Shown: positions 49,545-59,215, numbered from the stretch's first letter. The stretch is DNA of 64,000 nt from Promethearchaeia archaeon (GCA_046483985.1 JAWOCD010000085.1:8957-72956); one strand, 5' to 3'. Numbers and translations: made by a program. The notes: generated from the letters alone by a model not told the origin.

Positions 49545-50316
49545 ATCTTTTTAACCATCTTTCTTGTTTATATTTGTTTGAAGCTAAATCTTGTGCCAAA
49601 TTATATTCATATTCTGACAAATCCTTCGTTTCCATGTCAATTTTTAACACTTCAGAGAACCCTTGCTTTAAACACGAGATAAATCTTTTTTCCTCATAAT
49701 TTTCCAGCTTTTCTTTAATTCCAATACATTTTGCATAAACCGATTCCACCATATGGGTGGTGCTTACATTATTGGGCGCTTTCAATACAGAATACATTAA
49801 TTCTGGATTGATATCCAGCAAGATTGTTCCATGTTGGAGGATATAGCCTTGTTTCTTGATTTGTGCATTTCCCGAGAACTTTTTTCCATCTAAAAAGAGT
49901 GCCGGACAGTGGATCACACCTTTGTCCGTATTTAAGCCAAATAGAGATAATGCTTTACTAATGGATGAAGTAATGAGTTCAAATTGCTCTAAAACCTTGT
50001 GTGCACCTAAATTTCGTAAAAATTTATTGGAGCATACAATTGAATATGTAATTTCACCTTCCTTATCATGAAAGACTGCACCGCCCCCTGTAATACGCCG
50101 TACAACATTAAAACCTTCCTCTCGGGCAACTTTCGTGTCTACTTCGTGCGTTAGACTCTGATTTCGTCCTATACTCACGGTTGAGGGATCCCACTTATAA
50201 AAGCGTAAGGTAAACTCTGCTTTTTTCTCAATGACTGCTTGGAGAATTGCCTCATCTATGCCCATATTCCAGTATCCATTATTCGTTTCTAATCCTAAAA
50301 AGCGCCATTTATTCAT
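49537..50316 (-). CDS. lplA: lipoate-protein ligase A-type (catalytic domain only)
   Basis: WNMGIDEAIL, RFYKWDPSTVSIGRNQ, VVRRITGGGAVFHD, GEITYS and KFSGNAQ (conserved Lys) motifs. At 259 aa it lacks the C-terminal accessory domain. Confidence 0.8.
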   Translation of the reverse strand: MNKWRFLGLETNNGYWNMGIDEAILQAVIEKKAEFTLRFYKWDPSTVSIGRNQSLTHEVDTKVAREEGFNVVRRITGGGAVFHDKEGEITYSIVCSNKFLRNLGAHKVLEQFELITSSISKALSLFGLNTDKGVIHCPALFLDGKKFSGNAQIKKQGYILQHGTILLDINPELMYSVLKAPNNVSTTHMVESVYAKCIGIKEKLENYEEKRFISCLKQGFSEVLKIDMETKDLSEYEYNLAQDLASNKYKQERWLKRYE

Positions 50317-50337
50317 ACAATCACGCAGTATTTCTTT

Positions 50338-51342
50338 TTACCTCACAAACGGGGTAAGATTTTGATAAATTCTTTTCTTTTCTTTTTCGTGTAAAGGACG
50401 GGGATAATTATATATCGGTCCACTCGGTCTTGACGTATAAAAGGGTCGATTGCAGTCAGGGCATCCAGATGTCATGAATGCTTCCTTTTCCTCATCAATT
50501 ACTCTCCATAGTCGATTTTTATTTATATTGAAATTTATTAAATCCTCCTTGGAGTTAAATGTAAAATCTTTTGCATGTTTGTTTTCATGAAGAATGAGAT
50601 GCCTCGCCAATTGAATTTTTCGAAATCGTAATTCTGGGGGTTGCTGTAAGTTTGCCAACTTTGTTCCTTTTACTGGCGTAAAGGCAAATAATGCAGAAGT
50701 AATACACATTTTGTGCAACTTATCCAGAAGTGTGATTATTTCCTTGGTGGTCTCTCCCAATCCTACAATTAAATGGGTACTCACATTTCCTTTGCGAAAG
50801 ACCTCCAAAGCCTCTTTAAGGGAATCGAAATGCCTACTCCACGAATAAGGTCCGTTTACACCATCTCCTTTTACTCTTTCGAATAATTCTTCTGTCGCCC
50901 CGTCCAAGGCAATACCTACCCGTTGTACTCCAATTAATTTGAGATGTTCCAACTGATCTTTATCCATTGGAGGGATGGCAATTGAAATGGGGATATCGCT
51001 TACTTCCCTAATCCTTGACACAATTTCTTTTAAATCCTCAAAATTTTGGGGATACTTTAATGTCTGAATACAAATGCGTTTAAACTTTTTTAAGGCAGAT
51101 AGATATTTTAATTTCATTAGAAATGTCTTGAAGTCAAATATTGGCCAGTTAATTCTCGATAATTTTTCAGCAGATGTTTTCGATGACCGAGATTGGGGAC
51201 AGAAGCCACAGTTAGCACTACAATATCCCTTTTTATACGTCATGATATAACATGTGGTTGGAGCAACATCGGATTTGGTATTCCTTAACCCTAAAGCTGA
51301 AGCACTACCGATAGAAACTCGAATATTTTCTAGTACCATCAA
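50338..51342 (-). CDS. radical SAM protein, candidate LipS1/LipS2-type lipoyl synthase component
   Basis: CX3CX2C motif (CSANCGFC) and additional C-terminal Cys (GCPDCNRP). It lies directly upstream of the lipoate ligase gene. Confidence 0.55.
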   Translation of the reverse strand: MMVLENIRVSIGSASALGLRNTKSDVAPTTCYIMTYKKGYCSANCGFCPQSRSSKTSAEKLSRINWPIFDFKTFLMKLKYLSALKKFKRICIQTLKYPQNFEDLKEIVSRIREVSDIPISIAIPPMDKDQLEHLKLIGVQRVGIALDGATEELFERVKGDGVNGPYSWSRHFDSLKEALEVFRKGNVSTHLIVGLGETTKEIITLLDKLHKMCITSALFAFTPVKGTKLANLQQPPELRFRKIQLARHLILHENKHAKDFTFNSKEDLINFNINKNRLWRVIDEEKEAFMTSGCPDCNRPFYTSRPSGPIYNYPRPLHEKEKKRIYQNLTPFVR

Positions 51343-51399
51343 TTAATTAAGTTTCTATGATAAGTTAAATTTTTTTCTTACAAACCATAAAAATACATA

Positions 51400-52488
51400 A
51401 TGAACATTATTTTCATTGTAATTTTTCAAATTTATAAGAATAAAACCAGTACCAGCACTATCGGTGGGATAGAGACTAATACTAAGGATGTAATTAATGG
51501 CCTGAGAAACCGGGGACATCGCGTTTGGAATACGGGAAACCGACCTATTGAGCCAGAGTGGGTGAAGGAAGGGAATATTGATATTATCGCCACCTCTACT
51601 TTTGATCCATTAACTTATTTTAAAATTATCAAATTCAAACATAGATTTCCAGACTCCGCGGTAGTTATCCACGGACACACTTCTGTTGAAGATCTCAAGG
51701 GAAATATCGTTCCGGATATTCCCTTTTTTAATTTAATTTTGAAAACGTGGTTAAGAATTATGTACGCGGCTTGTGATTTACTAATTACGCCCAGTAATTA
51801 TTCGAAAAAATGCATTGAAAATATGCAGTCCTCCATGACCTATCCTATTTATGCGGTAAGTAATGGAATCCGCATAGAAAAATTTGCGGAAAAACCTAGT
51901 TTTCGCCCTAATTTTCGAACTTTTTTAAATGAACATTATAGTATCCCTAAAAATGCAAAAATTATTCTAAATGTGGGATTAACTTGGAAAAGAAAAGGAG
52001 TTGATACCTTTGGGAAAATAGCCGCGGCCTTACCTAATTACTGGTTTGTCTGGGTGGGGCCCCTTAATGAGAATCCGGATATTGAGATAGTACGAAAATT
52101 GGAGAATGTGATATTTACGGGGTTTTATGATGATATTAGAGAACCCTACTATGGTGCAGATGTCTTCCTCAGTACCTCATATGCAGAAAATCAAGGAATC
52201 CCGTTGATTGAAGCGGCGGTCTGTCGGGTACCTATTGTTGCCAGCGATTTACCCGCTTATGATTGGATTGAACATGGAACACATTGTTATAAGTCAGATT
52301 GTGTTGATGACTATGTGTCTGGAATTCAGAAAATCATGAATGATAAACAATTCCGGGAGAAGATAGTGAAAGAGGCTCATAAAAAGGCGGTAGAAGTTCA
52401 TGATTTCAAAAAGATTGGTGCAAAAATAGAAAAATTATATGCAAAAGCACAAAAAATAAAAAAAATTAAGGACCAAAAGCACGCATAA
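51400..52488 (+). CDS. GT4-family glycosyltransferase
   Basis: GT-B C-terminal pattern VGLTWKRKGVD...FLSTSYAENQGIPLIEAAVCRVPIVASDLP. Confidence 0.75.
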   Translation: MNIIFIVIFQIYKNKTSTSTIGGIETNTKDVINGLRNRGHRVWNTGNRPIEPEWVKEGNIDIIATSTFDPLTYFKIIKFKHRFPDSAVVIHGHTSVEDLKGNIVPDIPFFNLILKTWLRIMYAACDLLITPSNYSKKCIENMQSSMTYPIYAVSNGIRIEKFAEKPSFRPNFRTFLNEHYSIPKNAKIILNVGLTWKRKGVDTFGKIAAALPNYWFVWVGPLNENPDIEIVRKLENVIFTGFYDDIREPYYGADVFLSTSYAENQGIPLIEAAVCRVPIVASDLPAYDWIEHGTHCYKSDCVDDYVSGIQKIMNDKQFREKIVKEAHKKAVEVHDFKKIGAKIEKLYAKAQKIKKIKDQKHA

Positions 52489-52579
52489 TCAAACAATCTT
52501 CTTTTAAAGATAAAAAAATAAATTCAATTTTACATTTAAGAAAACAAGGAAAGGAAATATCAAAGTACGTGTAAGTTCT

Positions 52580-55378
52580 ATGGATTCTAAATACGAACCC
52601 GAAAAAATTGAAAAAAAATGGCAAGAGCGATGGGAAAAGGATAAAATATTTGAGAGCAAAAAGGATGAAGAAAACGATAAGTATTATGTCCTCGAAATGT
52701 ATCCTTATCCGTCTGGGAAATTACATATGGGCCATCTTCGGAACTATACCATCGGAGACTCGTTTGCCCGATTCAAGCGAATGCGAGGATATAATGTCCT
52801 GTATCCGATGGGCTACGATTCCTTTGGGCTCCCTGCAGAGAATGCAGCAATTGATCACGGCGTAAACCCCGAAAAATGGACCGACGAAAATATCGAAGTC
52901 ATGAAAGAGCAACAAAAACGAATTGGGCTCTCCTATGACTGGACGCGCCAAATTATGAGCCACGATCCGAATTACTTTAAATGGGATCAGTGGTTTTTCC
53001 TAAAGATGTTGGAAAATGACCTCGCTTATCGGGAAAACTCATATGTAAATTGGTGTCCAAAGTGTGTGACTGTGTTAGCAAATGAGCAAGTTCAAGATGG
53101 AAAATGCTGGCGATGTGATACAGAGGCGGAACAAAAGTTTCTGACACAATGGTTTCTCAAAATTCGCGCCTATGCGGAAGAGCTAATTGAGGGATTAGAA
53201 AAGGTTGATTGGCCTGAAAAGGTCAAAATAATGCAGAGAAACTGGATTGGGCGCTCTGAAGGGACAATCATTAAGTTTCCCGTAGTTAATGAAGAGAGAA
53301 CCATTGATATCTTCACCACTCGTCCAGATACAATTTTTGGTGTGACCTTTATGGTTTTTGCGCCCGAACATCCATGGGTAAGAGAATGGGTAGAGGATAC
53401 CGAATATGAAGATGATTTTAATGCACTATACAAGGAAGTTATGCAACAAGATAAATTTGAGCGTACAGATCTTGAAGTAGAGAAAAAAGGAATGTTTATC
53501 GGGAAACATGCTGTTAATCCTATGACTGATGAGGAGATCCCAATTTATGTAGGAAATTTTGTGATCTACGAATATGGTGCTGGCGCTGTTATGGCCGTAC
53601 CCGCACATGACCAAAGAGATTTTGAATTCGCTCAAGAATATGGTATACCTGTGAAAGTGGTAATCCAGCCCCATCAATATGAGTTAAATGCTGAAAAAAT
53701 GTCTCGTGCCTATGAAGGAGATGGAGTACTCGCTAATTCGGGAGAATTTAACGGCATGGAAAATCAAACCGCACAACGAGCAATTTCCGAAAAATTAGAA
53801 GAGATTGACGCGGGATATGCAACTATCAATTATAAGTTAAGAGATTGGCTTATCTCGAGACAGAGATATTGGGGATGTCCAATTCCGATCATCTATTGTG
53901 ACGATTGCGGCGCCGTGCCCGTTCCTTATGAGGACCTTCCAGTTATGCTCCCAGAAGATGTAGAATTTACGGGTCAAGGAAATCCGATCGAGACCAGTGA
54001 AAGCTTTCATGAGGTAAAGTGCCCTAGGTGTGGGAAAGAAGGAGATGGAGTTAGACGAGAAACCGATACAATGGATACGTTTGTAGACAGCTCTTGGTAT
54101 TTTTTTGCATTTTGTAACCCCCCATCCGTTGATGCTGAGCTCCCTTATGATAGAGAAAAGATAGATTATTGGGGTAATGTGGATCAATATATTGGAGGTA
54201 TAGAGCATGCAGTTATGCATCTTCTCTATGCACGATTTTGGACGAAAGTAACCCGAGATCTCGGTCTTCATTCCCACGATGAACCTTTTCAAGGATTACT
54301 GACTCAAGGAATGATTAACAAGGCACATCCCTATTGCTCAGAATGCGAAACATTTGCATTAAAATCCGAAAAAGATAACGAAAGGTGTAAGAGATGCGGA
54401 ACGGAGTATGTATCAAAATCAGTAAAGATGAGTAAATCATTGGGAAATACCGTGGATCCCACCAGAATTATGGGGAAATATGGGGCCGATGCTGCACGAT
54501 TCTTTATTCTATTTGGTGCCAGTCCGGAATCCGGTCTTGAATGGTCAGAAGATGGAGTGGGATTTGCAGCAAAATTCATGAATAATACCTATCAATTATT
54601 GTCAGAACCGCCAGAAAAGATTCGGGCAGAGGAAACGATCAATGATACCCTTATTATTTATAATCTGCATAAAACGATCAAAGAGGTTACGGAATTTTTT
54701 AGCAAGTTGTCGATTAGGAAAGCAGTGAATACGATAATTCAATTTACCACAGAATTCAAGAAATATTTAGTTAGAGGGGTCAATAAAAGTATTTACGGGG
54801 AATGCCGTGAAACACTTGCGTTGTTACTTCACCCAGTTGCCCCTCATATGACTGAAGAAATTTGGGAACTACTCGGAAAAGATGATTATATTAGTCTTGC
54901 CTCATGGCCACAATACGATGAAGATATCCTATCAGAAGAAAATAGTTACAAATGGCTCTTAATGAATGATATCCTTGAATCTATTAACCATATCCGGAGC
55001 GTAGCAAACATTGATGATATTAATACTATCAAAGTCATTATCGCTGATAAATGGAAACATCAGTTTTATACAGATCTTATGGATGCGCTAAAAACCACGA
55101 AAAATCAAGGAGAAATCATGTCCCAAATTATGCAACAGGAAGAATTGAAGCCGCATGGAAAGTTTATTTCTCAAACGGTGTCAAAGGTATTAAAGAATAT
55201 TGGGAAATATTCCGCGAGTGTCCTTCCGCCAGAGGAAGAGTATGAATTCTTTGAGGAAATTATTCCAGTGTTCGAAGAAAAATACGACGCAAAAATTGAC
55301 ATCCAAAAGGAGGCAAACTCTTCTGAAAAGAAAGCCAATATTGCCCTTCCGGGAAGACCAGCATTGATTATTGAATAA
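52580..55378 (+). CDS. leuS: leucyl-tRNA synthetase (bacterial-type sequence features)
   Basis: HIGH region YPSGKLHMGH, PMGYDSFGLPAE, WCPKCVTVLANEQVQDGKCWRCDTEAEQKFLTQWFLKI, MQRNWIGRSEG, TTRPDTIFGVTF, and KMSKS (VKMSKSLGN). Confidence 0.95.
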   Translation: MDSKYEPEKIEKKWQERWEKDKIFESKKDEENDKYYVLEMYPYPSGKLHMGHLRNYTIGDSFARFKRMRGYNVLYPMGYDSFGLPAENAAIDHGVNPEKWTDENIEVMKEQQKRIGLSYDWTRQIMSHDPNYFKWDQWFFLKMLENDLAYRENSYVNWCPKCVTVLANEQVQDGKCWRCDTEAEQKFLTQWFLKIRAYAEELIEGLEKVDWPEKVKIMQRNWIGRSEGTIIKFPVVNEERTIDIFTTRPDTIFGVTFMVFAPEHPWVREWVEDTEYEDDFNALYKEVMQQDKFERTDLEVEKKGMFIGKHAVNPMTDEEIPIYVGNFVIYEYGAGAVMAVPAHDQRDFEFAQEYGIPVKVVIQPHQYELNAEKMSRAYEGDGVLANSGEFNGMENQTAQRAISEKLEEIDAGYATINYKLRDWLISRQRYWGCPIPIIYCDDCGAVPVPYEDLPVMLPEDVEFTGQGNPIETSESFHEVKCPRCGKEGDGVRRETDTMDTFVDSSWYFFAFCNPPSVDAELPYDREKIDYWGNVDQYIGGIEHAVMHLLYARFWTKVTRDLGLHSHDEPFQGLLTQGMINKAHPYCSECETFALKSEKDNERCKRCGTEYVSKSVKMSKSLGNTVDPTRIMGKYGADAARFFILFGASPESGLEWSEDGVGFAAKFMNNTYQLLSEPPEKIRAEETINDTLIIYNLHKTIKEVTEFFSKLSIRKAVNTIIQFTTEFKKYLVRGVNKSIYGECRETLALLLHPVAPHMTEEIWELLGKDDYISLASWPQYDEDILSEENSYKWLLMNDILESINHIRSVANIDDINTIKVIIADKWKHQFYTDLMDALKTTKNQGEIMSQIMQQEELKPHGKFISQTVSKVLKNIGKYSASVLPPEEEYEFFEEIIPVFEEKYDAKIDIQKEANSSEKKANIALPGRPALIIE

Positions 55379-55456
55379 ACTTTAATTTTTTTAAGTTTAA
55401 CTCTCTTCTAATACTATCTATTTTATAAATTCGACTTATCTTATTTGATATCATCC

Positions 55457-56065
55457 ATGTCGCCTATGAAGTTATCAGAAAAAATGAAATTCTTTAACAT
55501 TGGCCGTTATAAAGAGGAACGGGATACGTTTTATGAATGGAAAAGCAAAAATTTTAATAAATCCATCTCCTTTATCGTGCACTCCACGCGGAGTGCTCCA
55601 GAAAGAGATATCTTTTATACCATAAACAAAAAAGATTATAAAGCCGTTTATTATATTCCAGAAGATATTGATGCGGTATTTACGATAGGTGCGGACCCAG
55701 ATATTCAATCCGTCATTTTAGAAGCACTCTTAGAATATCTCCATAATAAGTTTTTCGAAATGTATGAAGGTTCTCTCCTTACGGCATGTTATGGAGAAAG
55801 ATGCGATATTTTTAACGGGTTTACGGATGTGCTCCTTGACTCGTTTAGGAATTTTAGAGAATTAGATTTGGTAAAAGCGACCAGGGTTAATTGCAAGGCG
55901 TGTAAAAAGAACATGCAAGTGTATATAAAAAAATCCTTAATTGAGAATGCCTCACAATTTCCGGTTCCTATCGTCTTTGTTCATTCCGGACACGCGCTCT
56001 TAATATATATAGATAGGCAGTACAAGACTCGAGGAACGGGGCTGGTTTCTCTTTCTTATAAATAA
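55457..56065 (+). CDS. hypothetical protein, paralogue A (longin-like pattern plus conserved C-terminal beta-rich module)
   Basis: Aligns by eye with the next gene: AVFTIGADPDIQSVILEALLEYLHNKF versus LVFTLGAESSIQFQILEALLEYLKEKF. The ATG at 55457 is preferred; the ORF-track start at 55445 is TTG. Confidence 0.55.
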   Translation: MSPMKLSEKMKFFNIGRYKEERDTFYEWKSKNFNKSISFIVHSTRSAPERDIFYTINKKDYKAVYYIPEDIDAVFTIGADPDIQSVILEALLEYLHNKFFEMYEGSLLTACYGERCDIFNGFTDVLLDSFRNFRELDLVKATRVNCKACKKNMQVYIKKSLIENASQFPVPIVFVHSGHALLIYIDRQYKTRGTGLVSLSYK

Positions 56066-56174
56066 GATTAATGATCATCAGGATAAATTCTCCATTTTCT
56101 TGTATTTCTCTTATCCATAAAAACTTTAAAAATATCGGTAGTTAATCTTTAATAAAAGTATTTTATCTATAGCT

Positions 56175-56774
56175 ATGGTTAGTTCCTTAATAGAGAATTT
56201 GAACTCAAAGGTATATTTTTTCCAAGTCACTAAAGGGGGAAACCAACTTTTTACCTGGAAATCTAGATTTATTAAGAAGGCATTTTTTAATACGGGATTC
56301 TTTAACAAGACTATTACGAATTATGATTTATTCCATCATCTAAATAAAGGAGATATTAAAATGGTCGGGATCAAGTCACGCCCTAATTTAGTTTTTACCT
56401 TGGGCGCAGAGAGTTCTATTCAATTTCAAATTTTAGAAGCATTATTAGAATACTTGAAGGAGAAGTTCACTAAAAAATATGCAGATATAATTTCTCTTGA
56501 ATTTGGGGCGAGTTCAGCGAAGCCCTTCGCTGAATTTGAAGAGGTGATTCTAAACTCACTGGAGGAATTCGAAGAATTAGACCTTATCAAAGTCATTGAT
56601 GTATACGTGGACTTTTTAAGAAAAAGACTAAAAATTGCAGTAAAGCGTTCTCTAATACAAGATGCCGAAGGAAATGTGCCCTTTGTGTTCTATTATAAAG
56701 GAATTTCTATTCTTCTTTATCTTGATCATGAATACCATGTGAGAGGATTAGAAAAGGTAAGTTTTTCCAATTAG
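56175..56774 (+). CDS. hypothetical protein, paralogue B of the 55457 gene
   Basis: Shared motifs ELDLIKV and VPFVFYYKGISILLYLDHEYHVRG, versus VPIVFVHSGHALLIYIDRQYKTRG in paralogue A. Confidence 0.55.
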   Translation: MVSSLIENLNSKVYFFQVTKGGNQLFTWKSRFIKKAFFNTGFFNKTITNYDLFHHLNKGDIKMVGIKSRPNLVFTLGAESSIQFQILEALLEYLKEKFTKKYADIISLEFGASSAKPFAEFEEVILNSLEEFEELDLIKVIDVYVDFLRKRLKIAVKRSLIQDAEGNVPFVFYYKGISILLYLDHEYHVRGLEKVSFSN

Positions 56775-56870
56775 AAAAGACATAACCTAAATGCTTTTAA
56801 ATTTGAAAAATTTACTTTAATATGTTTATTTTTCAAATATCATCATCTATAACAAATAAACTACAAAGAT

Positions 56871-57734
56871 ATGACAATTTATAATATTCAAGTCATTTCG
56901 AGCACGGGTTATCCTTACTTCAACAAAAATATTAAGGAAGAACCTGAAGACATTAAGTTATTTTTGAGATTTTTCGATTTTACGGAAAAAGCAGAAAGTT
57001 TTCCCCCCAGTTTAGATGATGATTCAAATTTTTCGTTATTGGCAGGACTTGTTTCTGCTTTATTTGAATTCGCAAAAAACATTAATAAAAACATCAATAC
57101 CTTGTCATTTAAGTCCTTACATCGTCCAAAGGGAAGACCAAAAATAGAGAAAAAATATCAAGGTGATTGTCTTATTACTACACAAACAGAAACCTATCTT
57201 CTCCATAAAAGTATACGCCAGAAAATAAATTACATTTACAAAGCAATCGTTTCTTCTAAGATTCCGTTTGAATCTGCTGACCCGCTTACGGAAAAAGAAC
57301 AAAAAACCATCGTCGATATATTAACAGATGAAAAAGCGAGAAATCATTTAAAACAAAATACCGGGAAAATAAAAGATATCGCCGAAAAATTATTGCGTGA
57401 ACGGGGAGATTATGGATTAGAATCGATTGCGATAACCTCATTTGATCTTACCCCCCTTCGGGTGTATGGAAGTAAGTATTCTTCTGAAGATATTGAAAAT
57501 ATTTTAAGGAATATTGGTGAAATTCCGCAAATTGATCCGTTCGAGTGGAAATATCGTCAATCCTTTTTGAACAATTCTCAAGTATGGATCTATCTTATTA
57601 ATTCAGGAATCGGAGTGACGGTTGAGGAAACTCTTTTTGAACCATATTTTTATTTGCTCTTCTGTGATCCCCAATCATACTTAGGAGAATTTCCCAATAA
57701 ATTAACACGAGATTTAAATTCAATTCTCGGATAA
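56871..57734 (+). CDS. hypothetical protein with longin/roadblock-like N-terminal pattern
   Basis: 287-aa ORF. MTIYNIQVISSTGYPYF...FSLLAGLVSALFEFAKNI resembles the start of longin-type domains. The C-terminal part (VWIYLINSGIGVTVEE...FYLLFCDPQSYLGEFPNKL) may be a second such domain. Confidence 0.5.
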   Translation: MTIYNIQVISSTGYPYFNKNIKEEPEDIKLFLRFFDFTEKAESFPPSLDDDSNFSLLAGLVSALFEFAKNINKNINTLSFKSLHRPKGRPKIEKKYQGDCLITTQTETYLLHKSIRQKINYIYKAIVSSKIPFESADPLTEKEQKTIVDILTDEKARNHLKQNTGKIKDIAEKLLRERGDYGLESIAITSFDLTPLRVYGSKYSSEDIENILRNIGEIPQIDPFEWKYRQSFLNNSQVWIYLINSGIGVTVEETLFEPYFYLLFCDPQSYLGEFPNKLTRDLNSILG

Positions 57735-57809
57735 GCCGATATCAGTTTTTCTCTTTATTAGGAGAGAATGTGCATTATCTTTATTTAATTGGAATGCTTA
57801 TTGAGTAAT

Positions 57810-58364
57810 ATGACGGAATTTAAAAAGTTAGCAAGTACGAATCATACTGGATTATTGCATCCCAGACAAACGATTTTATGCACCGTGAAACATAAGAATA
57901 AGACAAACATTATCACACTCGCTTGGACAATGATTATCAGTCGAAAACCGCCGATCATTGCCATCTCCGTTGCACCACAGCGATATTCTCATAATTTAAT
58001 CAAGAATTCGAAGCAATTCACCATAAATATTCCCACAAAAGAAATAATCTCCGATATATTCTATTGTGGAAGTCACTCTGGAGACCGTGTGGATAAATTT
58101 AAGGAAACTAATCTCACGGCGCTCGAAGGGCTCTCGGTGGATTGTCCTCGAATAAAAGAGTGTATTGCCCATCTCGAATGTAAGGTCATTGATGCGAATG
58201 AGTACGGTGATCATACCCTTTTCATAGGTAAAGTCATAACATGTACTGGGCGGAGTGATGTCTTAAAAAATGGGAAAACAGACATCTCAAAACTTGAGAT
58301 CCCTTACCACCTGACTGGAAAGAGATTTACATTTAATCAAAAGAATATTTTCAGAGTAGAATAA
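57810..58364 (+). CDS. flavin reductase-like (FMN-binding split-barrel) domain protein
   Basis: The pattern PRQTILCTVKHKNKTNIITLAWTMIISRKPPIIAISVAPQRYSHNLIKNSKQFTINIP with a later GDHTLFIGKV is typical of the flavin reductase domain family. The ATG at 57810 is preferred over the TTG at 57789. Confidence 0.7.
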   Translation: MTEFKKLASTNHTGLLHPRQTILCTVKHKNKTNIITLAWTMIISRKPPIIAISVAPQRYSHNLIKNSKQFTINIPTKEIISDIFYCGSHSGDRVDKFKETNLTALEGLSVDCPRIKECIAHLECKVIDANEYGDHTLFIGKVITCTGRSDVLKNGKTDISKLEIPYHLTGKRFTFNQKNIFRVE

Positions 58365-58414
58365 CAATCAGTACGAAATTTAAAAAATAAAATAAAATAA
58401 AATTTTTTAATTAC

Positions 58415-59215
58415 TTATTTGTAAAATTCCGAAGCCTTTTTGACAATTGGAATAAATGTTTCAGCCGAAATTGACGCTGTTCCGATCAGCCCCCCGTCTA
58501 TATCTTCCAAGGGAAGTAAATCGCCGCAATTTGCTGGTTTCATAGATCCTCCATATTGGATCTGGATGTTATTTGCCTCTTCCTGACCAAACTCTTCTTT
58601 AAACCAGTTTCGCACGAGGGCGTGTGCTTCTTTCGCCTCATCGGCTGTTGCTGCTTTAATTTCCACTCCAGGATTAAGATATTCATTGTTAATTGCCCAG
58701 ACTGGCTCATAGGCAATAATGATATCATTTAATTGCTCTACTGACACACCCGCTAAACATTCTTTAAGTTGAGAGGTATTAATTTCTTCTAATTTTCCCT
58801 CTTGTCGTTCTCTTGCGGATTCGCCGATACAGAGCACCACTTTTAGCCCTTTTTCCAAAGCTTTCAATACTTTTTTATTAATATATTCATTATCCTCTCC
58901 GAATATTCTTCTCCTTTCGCTGTGTCCTAAGATGACATATTCACATCCCGCTTCAAGAAGAGCATCTGGTGAAATCTCTCCCGTGAAAGCACCTTTGTCC
59001 CGAAAGTACATATTTTGGCCGGCCAGTTTTAATTTAGTATCATCTATTGCTTGTCCTACTGGATATAATGCATTAAAGGAAGGACCAATAAAGACATCTA
59101 CCCCAGATAAATCAATATCCTCTAGCTCTGAAGCAATTGCCTTAGCAATTTCTACAGAATCCTTAACCTTGGGAACTTTTAATTTCCAATTACCACCAAT
59201 AGCAAATTTTCTCAT
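58415..59215 (-). CDS. tpiA: triosephosphate isomerase (bacterial/eukaryotic-type length and motifs)
   Basis: GGNWKLK, GHSERR, AYEPVWAI, YGGS and GGLIGTAS motifs. 266 aa. Confidence 0.85.
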   Translation of the reverse strand: MRKFAIGGNWKLKVPKVKDSVEIAKAIASELEDIDLSGVDVFIGPSFNALYPVGQAIDDTKLKLAGQNMYFRDKGAFTGEISPDALLEAGCEYVILGHSERRRIFGEDNEYINKKVLKALEKGLKVVLCIGESARERQEGKLEEINTSQLKECLAGVSVEQLNDIIIAYEPVWAINNEYLNPGVEIKAATADEAKEAHALVRNWFKEEFGQEEANNIQIQYGGSMKPANCGDLLPLEDIDGGLIGTASISAETFIPIVKKASEFYK

